Shown here one piece after another: positions 1-14,420 of a DNA stretch of 64,000 bases. Source of the stretch: Sphagnum compactum (lineage: Eukaryota); the NCBI GenBank assembly GCA_965153455.1, contig OZ234494.1:9982001-10046000 (forward strand), written 5' to 3'. The notes below the pieces were generated by a model. That model was not told where the DNA came from and searched no databases. It worked only from the letters and a program-made list of their open reading frames with translations. The position numbers and the translations under genes were made by a program. Position 1 is the stretch's first letter, and the number at the start of each line of letters is the position of its first letter.

Positions 1-3000
1 TGGCATCAATTGGATATGCAATGGCATGGAAAGGCTGCACACTAGGAAGCACTCGCATCTGCATCAAATCAAAGTATAGAAACACAGATCAAGCTAAGTA
101 AATCATACATATTAATTGCCTTGTCTGTCCGTCTGTCTGTGACCACTGGACGCAGAGAAAAGTGACGGGAAAAAGATAAGAGACAGGACCGAGCACCGGT
201 CGACGACCGTAGGATGGAGAGCTTTCGGCGAAGAGAAAAATGTACGCAGCAGTAAAAAGCGCATGGGTGTTAAAATCATTGGCAAATCCATCATTGGCAA
301 AAATATAAAAATAAAAACAAAATATCGACGTAGCTGACAGAAAGTCTGTCCGTCTGTCTGTGACCACAGGACGCAGAGAAAAGTGACGGGAAAAAGATAA
401 GAGACAGGACCGAGCACCGGTCGACAACCGTAGGACCGGGCGGGGGGGAGCTCGACGGGTGCATTATGCACCGGGTTCACACTAGTATGTGAGTAAGAGA
501 CACTCCCCTAAGCCATTGGTACAACCCTCCTATGAGGTGGCCTCTATATTTTTGCAGCAGCAGGCTGCCCAATTTTCACACATTCCAGTACTTTTTCCAG
601 CCCAAGATGCTTAACAATTACAAGTTATATCTGGGTGTACCCACCTTGGTTTAAACACAAACTACCCTACTCAACATGGAAAGTATTGAGTAGACAAAAG
701 CTTCAACAAAGTTGAAGACCAGACAGTGCTGCTTGGATTGCATGCAGTCACCAGCAGAAAGACATAGAGCAAAACCCATCAAAACCACAAAAATAAGAGC
801 ATCCTCCAAGTGCAGGCTCTTGTGAACTTCAGAACATCCATCAACACATTGAGCCAATCTAGAAAATGAATCAAAAGCTTGGCAACAAAGCTATCACCTT
901 GATCTGCCTTCTCACAACAGCCTCAATCTCAATGAACTTGTTATCCCGATCATCCCAGTCACATACACACTGCAATAATCGCACAAGAAACCACATCAGT
1001 TTCAATAAAAAAGTTCAAGTTTGTACCAAAACTGATTGGCAGAACTGAACCCAATCCTGTACATTCCTTCAATACAAGATCCAGACCCCAAACTAAAGTG
1101 GAATTTTAATCTTGAGCTCTAACATCACCAGTACAGAAATTGGTGAGCTCAAGAACACCTGAAGAGTGTGAAGCAAATTGCAGGTTGCCTCAGGAAAATC
1201 AGCACGAAGCACAAGTGCCTGCTTGTAACTCTTGATGGCTGCCTCCACATGACCACTGGTCCATGTATCCACAAGAAACAGGACATCAGCAACAACAAAA
1301 GATGATATCAGAGGATTCACCCAGCCTGCCTACCATGGGAAAAGGACTCTCAGGGTGATGTGGCCTCAAGGCTTTCCATCTGCAAAGTCAGGTCACCCTG
1401 ACCATCTCTAGAATAGTTTTTGGACTTGCCTCCCTTGGAATGTGAACACAGCCATATATGGACACACTCAAAGAATCTGAGATATATTGAGACCATACAT
1501 TGACATGATGACTGCAGCGACTCAGACAGGAGAATCTCATTAGTTTTTTTGGATAAAGCCCACTCCCTGTAAGGATGCAGAGCACACCCACAATGTACAA
1601 AAAGAGTATAGAAACAAGCAGATACAAATTACAAGCCTGATGGACTCCAGCTTGAGAGATAACCTGTCCTTGTATGCCGATGCAAGATTTGCATGCCCCT
1701 CTGCCATTGTTGGGCGAATTGTGACAGCACGGATGTAATCCTGAATTGCATCATTGACCCGACCAATCTCCTTAAGTGTATTTCCCCGATTCACCAGACC
1801 ATCAGCAGCCATCGGATCTATTCGCATGACCTCATTATAGCATGCTATTGCCTCCGCATAATGACCCTGACACAGAAATGAGAATATTGATATTCAGCAC
1901 TAGCTGTCTCCCCTGCCCCCACTCAATGTCCCACTCTACAATTTCACAAATAAGGAAGAAGTTCCATCTCCTTTCTCAGAATCAGCCCTAACAAGTGAAC
2001 TAACCATTTCCTAGAAAGTAGGAAAAGCAGTCCCAAGTTCTCAACAGCTTGGAATTACAACTACAGGAGCATCTGCCATTAAAAAGATGCAACCATCATC
2101 CCAAGTACATGTAGGCAATGGACATGGGGGCAACATACATACCTGTTGCTTGTAGATGGTAGCCAAATTGCTGTAAGGGGCAGAAAGTCCAGTCGTGACA
2201 GCGAGTGTTGCTTTGTAGAATGTAGCTGCAACATTGATCATGTTCCTGCCACAACAAAATGAGAACCACTTGTCAGCTCTCGATAATCGCTGTCCCAAAC
2301 ATACTTTTCTATTGCAACAAGAGTCAAAAATATGTGTGATATTCAGCCATGCCTTGCAGAGGCTGCTCTTTTGATCAAGATCCATTCAGGCTAGCATTTC
2401 TGGCCTGAAAGTCCAAGAATGGACCATCATTAGCTTTTGGAAGTTGCATGACCAGAGAAACAACTCATACTCTCCAAAACATCACCACAGCAAGTAGCAA
2501 AGTGAAGGAACATCCCAGAGTGAGTCTTCAGTTGTGACTATTACCACTCCATGTAGATGTTGCCAAGATTGGTGAGAGCCTGGGGATGATTGGATTGTAG
2601 AGCAAGGCAAGACTGAAACCACCCAGAAGGGAAAGTGTTAGCCAGGCACTTCTAAAAGGGAAGAGTATGAATAAAAGAAATCACCTTCACTTTAGGTCTC
2701 CAAGTGCTTATAACTTTGACATATGATTCAAAACACTCCCATGATTTATACCTGATAGCAAGTAATAGCTTCCTCCACCCGCCCAGCATCCTTCAGGGCA
2801 TTACCCTGCATTAAAAGAGACATGAATGCTGAATAAACCTGGTTTGTCACATAAATGAGAGCTATGGAAGCACACACCTACTACATATGCAAGGAAAGAG
2901 ACCCTAGTATACATCTGAATGGAACACCGGTAACTCATGTGAATTATTGATAGTAGACATACCAAATTGTTGTAGGCTTCCAGAAAGTTTGAATCGAGCA

Positions 3001-6000
3001 GAAGAGCTTGCTTGTAATGAACAATAGCATAGTCAAGAAGGCCTTGTTCGTAATACACACTCGCAAGATTCCCTGCACCCACCATCAGAGCCCAGGCATG
3101 TATGCAGAGAGCCCAGTAACCCCCTACTCCCTATATGCATGGGCCTCAGCATATGTCTTACCAACTTGGATGATGCCGCAGATGAAAATGATTATGCAAA
3201 AAGCCATCACCATCATCCATAACTGCTGCCACCTGTGTGTTGCCCAATAAAAGTGCCCTGTGGAATTCCTTTATGGAGACACCTGATATTCAAGGACAAG
3301 GTTCCAGGCTTGCATTGAGCAAAGCCAGCTTTTTAAATGCGGTGGTGGACTCCCCATACATGTGATGATCATGAAGAAAGTACAGGGGAGTTTCAGATTA
3401 ACATTAAGTCCACCACCGCATTAAGTTTAGTTATACTATTGAAGTGAGGGATATGCAAACTTGGAAGTTCCCAACTTTCATGTCTCGAGCAGCGCGCCTT
3501 CACGAAAGTGATAGAACAAAGGAGACAACCCACAAGCCACGCAAAGGAGAGACAGTCAGGTGCAGCTATATTTGATTACAGTAAAGGACATTCTCACACA
3601 GAATTGTGTCACTCTGCTTAAGCTGATTCTTCTGAAAGATTTCAATCATGCACATGAAAAGCTCTCATATCCATCTAGAAACCCGCAAAGTCCTATCTGC
3701 AGCCCACATTCTGCTACCTATGCCTCCTGGAACTAATCTTAGGGTGCATGTTTGGTCCAAAATTGAGATCCAAACTGCCTGCTAATACCCAAGAGAAAGG
3801 GAAGGTTTCGGTATCAAAAGACATGCAGAAATTTAAGGTCCTGACTTCTGCATGTCTAATGAGACCATCCAGTCCTCCATCAAAGGAGCTGAAGTACTAG
3901 TATATCTGACAACAAGTGGAAACACCATTCACTATTGGCCAGAGTTCATACACTACAGAATGTACTTTCTGAGTGACTGGAATTGTCTACGTACCATAGG
4001 CAATAGCGTAGTCTGGATGCAATTGAATAGACCTCTGGTAACACACAATTGCCTCCTGAGGTCTTCCAAGTGCCTGCCCAACCATGTTATAGCCTCAGTG
4101 AGGTACAGCTCACATCCTCTGATAAATGTTTAGTGAAACAACAACACATCCACCTCAAGGTGAAACAGGTAGCCTGCTTTCAGTCCAGTTACAGGGAACA
4201 AAGAGAGTCAGTTATACTCTAACAAGGCAACAAACATACTAGAGACTGCAGCAGGTCTAAAGCATCATATGCCTTGTGAACTGTGTTAAGCCACTATGCC
4301 TCATGTCCATGCCCACTACATTAAAATCACCCAGTACAGTGACTTGGAAGAACACCTTCAGCACATTTCCTTGATTCAGATGTGCATCTGCAAAGTTGGG
4401 CTTAAGCCTTATAGCCTCCTGTTGTCATTTAAACACACAAGGCTCAATATCAATGACCAGCATTGAGACATGAACATATGCAAAAATGCAAGATGACAAC
4501 CACACAACCATCCAAGAAGACCAAAGAAACCATGAAGAAAGAACAACACAAAAAGAAAAACAACCCCAGAAAAACCAATCAAAGATAACCATTGAGTTAT
4601 ATGCTGATAGGTTGCTAATGCCAAAGTTAGGCCCATTACTAGATCCTTGGCAAGAGGAGAAAAAGAATTTGCAACAAAAGGATCTTGTTACTGTGGTACA
4701 GACCTTGTAGTAAGCTAGGGCTTTCTGAAGTTCTCCTGTCTCCATGAACAGTCCTGCAAGATTAGACCATGCAATGGCAAATGTAGGTTGAAGCCGTATT
4801 GCCTCCATGTAGCAAAGGTATGCCTGTTTGCCAAACGAATGTTAATTTGAAGAAAAAACATTTCTAGAGTGGTAAACAGGTATCCAAGCTTCCATGATCT
4901 GAAGGGATGAGGATTACAGTTCAAAAGCAGTCCAAACCACAGAATTTCACCAGGAGCTATAAGATAGGGGCAAACATAATTGCCAGACACACATTTCTTA
5001 TCAGAGAAAATCTTGGAGATAAGGCTCACATGATGAGTCAGGCCTTGAGCCTTGAGCAGATTTCCCAGATTACTGTGGGCATCAACCTGCACCAACAATT
5101 CACAAGCTGGCTAGAACCATGTACAAGATGGATGTGTGACCGTAATCATGGAAGACTTCACATGAATTGCAAAAAAAGAACTCAGGCAAAATTGCCTCTA
5201 TGTGCTCCTTTGCCCATTTCTGCACAAACTTACAATCCAGCATATCCAAAGAATGGCAATCCCACTTTGAATTCTGGTCTTTTACTCATGCACAGGTACA
5301 AGCCCACATCCATTCTTTAAGTATTATTCTTGAAACTATCTTACATAAACAAAGGAAACTAACCAATCGAGGATTGAGCATGAGAGCATGACGACAGCAC
5401 TCAGCAGCTTCCTGTAGCCGTCCCTTTCTCATGTAGGCACTTGCCAGGTTTGACCATGCATCGCAGAAGTTAGGCTTCAACTGCATATTGACAATTACAC
5501 AAACTTTAAGGTTGTTGTGAAAGTAGATGCTTTGAAGCAAACAGTCCATTACAGACAATCAAATAAAGGTGAACAGTATCATTTATTTTATGTGACTGGT
5601 ACAAACTGCTCAAAAATACAGAAGCTGAAACATCAGGGGAGGACACTAGCAATTGGCTAATGCAGATGCAGAGGAGCAATCTCAAATGGGAGTTGCATAG
5701 TTTATCATCCACATCTCAGTGATAGTACCTCAATAGCAACGGTGTAGTACTGAATTGCAAGGTCAATGTTGCCTTTCTCCTGAAATCTCAAATGCTCTTC
5801 AAGGTGAGAACAAGAACTTCAACATAACCTTGTGCTATGCAAATTGACCATATATACAAAAGAACATTGTGACAAAGGAGAGCCTTGGATTCTTAACTGC
5901 AAAAACCCAAAACAATCCCAACATAAACTTGAAACTCCACCAAGCCCAGCCAACCCTTTATTAACACACAATCAGCTCATTGTCACTATTGCAATTAGGT

Positions 6001-7437
6001 GGCTACAAGATCTCTTCATGAATCATCATTATTCCCACAGGAACCAGGATGCACACCTTCAGAGCATTTGCCATGTTGCCATAGCATTCAGCAAACTGGG
6101 GTTCAATGCGGATTGCCTCTTCGTTTTTGACAATGCACATGTCAAAGTCATGTAACTGTCACATAATGAGAACAAACGTTAGAACACCTCAGTCATCAAG
6201 AGCAGTAGTAATAGGAAAACTTGGGCATGATGCTGGCTAGATCAACAAACCTAACAGAGACAAGAAAGACCAAAATAACCCTGGAGAAAGAGGAGTGTAA
6301 GAGCAAAGAAAGAGAGAGGGAAAAGGCAGTGATGTTTTGCAATGATTCCCCACTGACTTCATCAGCTCTTGACCATTTCACAGATAAGCATAGAATAACC
6401 AGCCCAAAACTTTGGGCAAACCACTGAACACACATCTGGATCCTGAGGCAATAAGAGTGTCAGAATAAAGACCATAATAAACAATCAAATGGAACAACCT
6501 GATAATAAATTGCACCCAGTAGCAACAGCGCATCAGTTCGCTGTGGATTTCTCTCATGGACCAGACTGCAATGCTGAAGAGCCTGCTTGTAGTTACCAGA
6601 TTTGTACTCCTGATGTGCCGCCCCCAGCAGCACTTCCTCATCCACTGCAATCACAAATGTGCCACCAGTTACTTCACAGAAACCTAAGACCCACCCAACA
6701 GAAGAAAGGAGAAGCAGGGAATTGATGCATCAATCCAGACCAGGAAAAACAATCCCACAGGAGTCATCATTGTTCAGATGCTGAAAAAAGAATAGACTGA
6801 ACTGCATCAATTTAGGTTTTCACTTCGCAACATGCACAGCACCCAGCTTTACTGAGACCATAATCTGCAATAAAATGTCAAGAGCATGAAGCATGGACCA
6901 GTATCAGACCATCTCCAAAACACATCAAGAAAAAGTTACACAACTGCAACCCGGGCTTCACAATCAAATGCAAACCTCAGTCAACACAGGCGTAAGAGAG
7001 AGTCATGATCCATGCAATTGTGCCTTTCCTGCTGCGTCTGTGAAGTCTATGGAGAGTGACAAAAGTTTGTAACTTCCAAATAACACCAATGGCAGAAAGA
7101 GACCAGAAAGAGACAAATATTAAGGGAATCTAGCTAGCTAACCAACAAAGTTGACCCATACCCTACATCCTAACCTAGTACGGTTCTTAATCAAGAAACA
7201 AGAAAAAAACACACCGAGGGTTGGGTTTCAGAAATCAGAGGAAAGTTTTCGAGTGTCCATAGGAGACTCACCGCACGCATCCACCACCCCAGTGAAGATG
7301 CTGTCGGACGGAGGCGTGAGAACGTGAGCAAAGTGCTCCGTCGGGTCTAGCTTTACTGGATCTCGGGCAAACGTAGTAAGCCCCTGTTGTTGCTGCTGCT
7401 GCTGCTGCCTCATTACGTTCTGCAGTGTCATCGCCAT
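1..7437 (-). CDS. SEC: O-linked N-acetylglucosamine transferase, SECRET AGENT (SEC)-type; N-terminal TPR region, gene continues beyond the left edge
   Basis: Inferred GT-AG exons (minus): 7437-7272, 6644-6499, 6155-6057, 5779-5729, 5480-5364, 5086-5030, 4823-4704, 4418-4356, 4073-3995, 3072-2963, 2805-2752, 2612-2545, 2245-2143, 1866-1664, 1255-1159, 969-898, 58-<1. Serial TPRs (DAWSNLASAYMRKGRLQEA, AIAWSNLAGLFME, AEGHANLASAYKDSGHVEAAIKSYKQAL) are followed by FPEATCNLLHTLQCVCDW and VLPSVQPFHAIAYPID, which match plant SEC as I recall it. Confidence 0.93.
103..485 (+). mobile_element. Non-autonomous Helitron-like element in a SEC intron
   Basis: Starts TC (103) after an A and ends CTAG (482-485) before a T. 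Hairpin GGTGCA-TTA-TGCACC (458-472) lies 9 nt before CTAG. Internal 92-bp direct duplication at 123-214 / 344-435. Confidence 0.75.
3336..3422. repeat. Short inverted-repeat element (MITE-like or hairpin) in a SEC intron
   Basis: Perfect 16-bp inverted repeat AATGCGGTGGTGGACT (3336-3351) / AGTCCACCACCGCATT (3407-3422) in a TTAA context. Confidence 0.6.
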
Positions 7438-10400
7438 CTCTTCTGGCACACAAACTTCTTCTCCTCGCACACGAAAAAACAAAATGGTCCCGAACTGGCG
7501 TAATCCCTTTCCAAACACAACTCCTCCTCCTACTTAGTCCCTCCTCGCTTTCTCCTGCAGCGATCGGCTGAGTAAAAAGCATGAATCAACCCGACGCCAA
7601 ACCCTAGCACAACAGCTCCTTTTTCAAGAAAGTTGCACCAGCAACAGCAAAGCGAAACTAACCCTGATACCGCAGAGCAGGGTCACCATCATCATCCGGA
7701 AAGCGAACCAAGAGCCTCGCGCAGCAAAAGAGTTGACGCTCTAGAAACACGCGTCCAGATGCATCCCTTCACAAGAAGCAAGCGGCAAAGGAGTTGTTCT
7801 CGAGGGCTGACGTGCATCGTCGTCGCCGCCACGCCACGCCACGCCACCCCACCCCGCACCTACGACGCTACTACACTCGTTCGCGGATTTCGCGACTGCA
7901 GGCAGCACGAGAAAATGGCGATGGCGAGGCCTCGTCGCAGTCTAGTGCGTGCGTGCGTCGCGCGACTCCCGCGCGTCCCCGGAGCGCATCCGGCGCTAGA
8001 GTTGGACTTTAGGGTTGAACAGACGCCGACTGCTGGACGCTACTGAAGCCCGGAGGGCCCCCGGTTGGTTTCTAATTATCACTACCTTATCATTCAATGG
8101 ACCAAATTTTAACTTTTCCTCTTTTCTTTTTACTTCTTTCCATTTTTATATAAGTGAAAAGTTCCATCAACACTCATCCTTTTATGCCATCATACATGTA
8201 TGTATGTATGTATGTATGTTATGTGATGTAAAGACCTGTAAAGACCTACCCGATTTTTTTAAATACTTGGATGGCATATTCTACACCAAAATTTGACTTC
8301 TGAGAATCAAAGGGCATTTTGTTTTACACACATATCCCTCGAATTTTCCAATGGGATCTTTAGTTTTTGGGAAGTACCTTTCATTTTTTCACAAATTTTG
8401 GCAGATCTTTGAATGGGGTTAAGGCTTGCAATTGAAGGTATTATTAAAAGCTTGTCTGCACCAGTGTTTTTTTTTTTTTTGGGTGAATTTTCGTATCCTG
8501 GCGAATCCAAAAAGGGCCTGGCAAATGGCATAAAGTGATTTGGGCTGTCAAATTAAGCCGAAGTCGCCAAGATGCGACATTTTGGTAGGGTTTATGAGCC
8601 AATGCCTTGACAAATAGTTTAGATATGGCGCCGTTCATCCTTACTTCTCCCATCCATTAGATGCCAAAAGACTAGAGAAGTATTGTACCTCTTTGCCACC
8701 TAGTGCACTCCAAGCTCCCCTCCATCACCTGCAATTATGCAAGCAATGAAGAAGAGATCACCGCATGTAGGGACCTTAGATTTTATGTTGTAATCTGTTT
8801 TGTAGGATGAATTTTCCGTTTAGATTTCACAAGAATTGAACAACACAGTGGAAGCACAACAAAACATAGAACGTTTCAAGGCTGTAGAGTGACACAGGTA
8901 TGTAAGAAGTGACAGAATTGGCATGGGGATAGGTGGGAAATGACAAAATCAGCCACCACTACCCATTCTCTCATTCAAGACAATTACAAAATCTGCAAAA
9001 TAAAACTTATTATGTCCAGTAGGTTAGGGTCGAAAGTTGCAACGGACACATTCAGAGCTAGTTTTGAGTTTCCTTTGACCTTTTAGGATGGTCTCAGTAT
9101 GTAACCCTAGTTTTGAGTTTTTTTTTCACTAGTATTGAATAGAAGAGGAGTTTCAGTACCTCATTTTACATACTTCAAAATCAAAACTTTCAGGGTTGTG
9201 TATTTTCATACCCCATTGTGCCATACTTTTTGTGCATTGCATTAGTTAGATGAGGTGCCTCCCAAGTTCAATGTTTTTTTGTTTTGCAATGAGTCAATTT
9301 GATTGGCCCATCACTCAGAAAAAATGAACTATGGTGGCTCCTCAAAGTAGAAGGTTCTAATTTGAAGTATAGAGTTCTTACCCTTTGGCCCACCTATAGA
9401 GGTGAAAGGAGGACAACATTTATTAAAGCATGTGGGATAAAAGTGAAGTGCTATTGAGAACTCTTTGGGGAACATGTTGGGACTTGGGAACTCGTTGCTT
9501 TGAGTTTTAGCAAAGCAGTTTTTTCGACCCTCATTCACATTTCTTTGGGCGAATTTTCAAATTTCTCTACCTGAAAAAATGATTTGGACCCATACAATGG
9601 ATTTTGTGAAAAAGGTGACCACCAAAAATATATTTTAAATAGCCAGATTTCTACTATAGAAATCCGGTATGTAACCATAATATAAAAAGGTTGGTAAATT
9701 TTTCTACTTTCATAAATTTAGCATTAGAGACATGGGGATGAAGGTTCTTTTGGAGAGGATATCAAGCATCCCGCCAAGCTCTTGTGATATCCAGGATACC
9801 TATTGAGCATGCATTTCTTATGGCATGTGATGATTTTTACATGAGAGTTCAGTTGGATTAATTGACACTGAATGTTAAAAAGTTCAGGCAGCAACTGTTG
9901 CCATAAATTTGTAACAACTTGTGTGATCCGAAGGTTGGGTGGAGATGTGTATACCATGCAAACCCTTTAAAAGAAAACCCTCTTGAAATCACTTAGTCAC
10001 CATCTTGAAAAGATGGATATTGCAACAAAAGGACAAATGCACCCCCAAAAAAGTTAGATGTTTCATTGCAATGGAGTAGAATCTTAAGAAGCAACTTCGG
10101 TGGTGGGCACATGAAATTTGGACATAATTCGACAATAATGGACACACTTTCTGAACATTGAAAATTTTGGATTTTGCTGGGAGGCTTACACGGTGTGTGT
10201 AGAGTACTTTTTTGTCCCTTTTTGTTAAGAAAGAAAAGTGGCCAATTTCATGGCTCTTAATTTTCAGCCAGTTTATCATTTTATTCCAACTGGCTGCACA
10301 AATTGTGCGCACAGAGCATCCGTTTCTCAGTGATTTTTTTTTATGCTTAAATGTTTTTATTTTCATATCTGAATTACAACCAAATTTGGCTAAATCTTTC

Positions 10401-13400
10401 TTGTGGATGATCACAATTCAACATGTTGGCTATATCACCAAATTAAAAAGAAAAAGACTATCGTTTCTTGGCAATATTCTATTACATATCAAGGAAGGTT
10501 GTTTGTTTGTTTGTTGGCCTTGCCTACCAAGAGAAGGATTTTGTGTTTAGATTCATCATAGAATATATAGGAGCTTAAGGGATTTTGGCCCCTAGGTAAA
10601 TAGGTCTATTTTTATATGAGGATTTTTGAAATGTGATATTTTGGCTTGTGTTGAAACTTGAGATTAGTTACAGAGTTATAGTATCTTGAAGGATTTTGGT
10701 TTCTTTTTAGAGAATTTTTTGAAGATTATATTTTTGCATAGTGAAATATTTGAGTTTCTATAATTCTTCTTTTGCCTCAATACTTTTTAATGTAAATGGC
10801 AAGGCCACAGTGTGACACACCCCTTGTTTCTTTGTGTTGTGATGTTGAGGTCTACTAAACCACATGGCTTCGTGGTACCATTGGAAAGTGGTAGATGAAT
10901 AAGGGTGCATTGAGCTGATTTGGTAATGTTTACAATATTGCGATGCAGGAATTATTAAATTTTGAGTATTTTCATCACTGATAATTCAATAATTCAAATA
11001 TATGTATATATATATATATATATTGGAAATTGGGGATGGTGCTCTTGATAGCATTGAGAAGCCTTTGATGATTACAGGGGCACCAAGAGTGGGCTCATCT
11101 TTTTTTTATAGGAATTAAGGGATTTTTGTGTAATTTTGTCATTGGATGATCAATGAAAATCAAAAATCAATTGTTTTAGAGAAATTCAGTTTCATACAAC
11201 CTAAGATTCAGAAACATATATATTTTGAAAAACTATGTTACAATCAGAGTTTTTTTGGGGCAATTTTTTTCCACTCGGCAACATAAAAAAGGGGTTATGA
11301 CTCATTCAAATGATTGGCTTCAACGCTAGAACTGAAAATACAACCATGTTGCACCCTTTGGCAATGATCACACCATTTGAAAATGGTGTAAAGCAAGTGT
11401 AGGTAACTATGGTTGGCTCGAGCCATTTCATCAATTAAACAACTTTGGCACCTATGCATCTTCTATCGCACAAAGTGTGTAACGTTAGAACTAGCCAAGA
11501 TGCAGTTGGGAACCAAGTTGAAAACCTCACCACAAGTTCCATAAAATTGAAACATCAACAGGTATTGAAATGACATTGTGTTTATCAAAACTTGAAACTA
11601 GATAAAGCACCTATGACCCTTGGAGTTAAGTCCAAGATAATTGAGTGTTGCAAATGACATACAAAAGCATTATTCAAATATGAAACAATAACTAACACAA
11701 AAAATGAGGTGGAGTCCTTGTTGGGCACCCAATGTTAGTGCAAAGTTAAGTTGAATGTTTGATATCACCAAATCTTACAAAATCATATGTAACATAACTA
11801 AACAATTGATGTTACATGAAGGGTTCAAAAGTGGCCCAATAAGTTGATGGTTTATTATGGGTCTCTTCACCTTGCACCACATCACCTAACTCTATGATCA
11901 CAAAGCAATGCACATCTTTACAATCATCTATTCTATTGTAAATGTAAAGCATTTTGTATTTATATAATTCTTTATTGTATTGTAAGTGCAAAGCATTGTG
12001 TATTTGCAATTTATAATTCAAGATTTTTTTTGGGTTACAAAAGACAGATTGATTTGCTGTAGCAAGTTTGAAATTTGAAGGCTATAATGGAAAGTCAGAA
12101 GGAGGTATGCACCTTGTTCACTTTTCATTTTTGAATTGACTTCATACGTTTTTGATTTTTAATGCATCTTATTCACTCTTCATTCTTGAATTGTCTATAC
12201 ATTTTTTATTTTTGAATGATTTCAATTAGAAAACTAATTAGTGCATCAATTCATTACATCACAAATTTAGCATGCGATGAATTAATAATGAAATTAAGGT
12301 GAAGTTTGTTCATTCATAGGTTCGTACATTTTACACACGAATATCATGCATTGAAAGTACATCTGACACATGGATTAATGTGTTGACAAATGAAATACAA
12401 ATCTATAAATGAACAAATGTCATACAAATTTTGCATCTATCAATAAATCTATGTGTCAAATGTGTTTTCAATACACGATATTAATGCATGAAATGTATGA
12501 ATTGTGAGTGAATAAATTTTGCACAATTTCCATTACTAAAATGTGAGATGCTAAATTTGTGATGTAATACTAAGGATTCACAAATCAATGTTGATGAATT
12601 AAAAAACAAATGTAGGGGAAAGAAAATTTTCAAACTCCTTGAACTATGTGCCCAATAAGTATAAATAAAGGTAGAATTTCCCATTACCTTTAATTTGTTC
12701 AACACCAATTTTGGGTACGTTTCTTTTCATAGCCTTGTTTTGTTCTTATTTCGGTCTTGTAATAAAATCCTATTGAATTCTTGTTTTGCACTTATCATGT
12801 TTTTGTCCTTGTTTTTTTTGTTTCACAATTTGAATTTAGGATTAACATGCTCTTATTCTTATTTTGGTTTAGGAAATTTCATAAACTTAATTGTTTTTGT
12901 GCCCGTGATAGTTGGATTGCATTTGTACTTCATTTTTTTAGCAATATCATGTATGATTCTATTTTATAATTCATAGGAAGCAAATCGATATTTGATTCAC
13001 CTCATGTTTGCAACATGATGAATGATCAAAACATAAGTTTCAAGCCCATTAATTTCAACTTTGAAGACGCAATTAATTTTTCAAATGAGTGCATAACTTC
13101 TAATATGAATATCAAGTTTGGAACTAAAATTCTAACGGATAATGAAAACTAAATGTTTTCAACTAATGCGCCAAGTGTTCATGTTTTTGCCTTACTACCC
13201 CTTTCATGTGCAAAAATCTTTCAATGAGGTTAATTAATTACATAATATAATAGTAATGCTTTTTCTTTTTTTTAAATGATTTAGGAGGATGGTTCAATGA
13301 AAAATGGTCAATGCTACAAAGGATATGAGAAATTTTTATTTCATTGATCATTTTTCATCCATAAAGGTTGAAATTTCCTTATTAAAATAAAATATAATGA

Positions 13401-13879
13401 CATGGAAGTTTAAGATAATATATGGACAAATTGCAAGAACAAATGTTTCATATTTGACTATAAAATATCTAGCATAACACCTAGGTATTCCTATGAACAC
13501 ATATGTAAGCATACCTAATTCTTAGGTAAACCTAGGTAGCTAAATATGGTGGGAAATGTTGCTTTTATTTTTAAATTTTAAAATAAAAATATTGCCACAT
13601 GTCCTTTTCTGAATTGGTTATGTTTGAGCCACATGGCATTAAATTGTTGGTCACCAAAATAATTGCATTATAATTGTAGCCTTGTGCCATCTACACATAC
13701 ATTGTGGATGGGTATGTATTTTTGAACAAAATATTTCATCTATCACATGTGACTAATAGTTAGCTACAACTTGTTGTTTGCTACTATAATTATTTTTAAT
13801 CATAAATGTCATTTTTAATCATAAAAATTAGTTGCAATAGCTAGTTGTAAATCCTTGTCTTTCTTCTACTGGTAATTAT

Positions 13880-14420
13880 AAATAGTTCTTAGATAGACCT
13901 ATGTGACCCTTGGGCAAACTTAAATCTTCTTAAATTAGCCCCTAGGTAATTTAAATAGCCCCTAGAGGTAGCCCAAGTAACCTACTTAAGCCTATATTGG
14001 GGCTATTTAAAATTGAGTTAATTACTCAACCGACCTAGCCTACCTAGGTGTAAATAACCCCTATATAGGTTTAAATAGCCTTACATGATCCTAGGTAGAC
14101 ATAGATAGCCCCTAGGTAACTTAAGTAATCCTTGGGTAGCCCTTAGGTATGCCTTAAGTAACTTTATGTAACCCCTATATAGGCCCTATGTAAGCATTAT
14201 GTAAGCCTATGTAACACTTAAGTAGCTGGCCCCTTGGTAGTCTAAGTAGCCCTATGTAATCTTTAGGTAATCGAAGCAGGCCCAAGTAACTTGCCCTAGG
14301 TAGCCCCTAAGGCCTACCTAACTTGGCCCTAGATAGCTCTATATAGGCTTAAATATTTTTTACATGAACCATAGGTATCTATTAAATAGTTCCTATAAGT
14401 AGGTCCCTAGGGTTGGAAGG
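13880..14420. repeat. Degenerate short-unit repeat tract (TAGCCCCTAGGTAAC-like), probably a transposon subterminal region
   Basis: Many scattered variants of gcccctagg / ccctaggta / gtaacc in otherwise AT-rich DNA. Confidence 0.55.

Noticed and set aside
7268..7582. Overlapping uORF in the SEC leader (ATG at 7582)
   Set aside because: The ATG appears to fall within a predicted 5'-UTR intron (donor 7859, acceptor 7555), so it would be spliced out.
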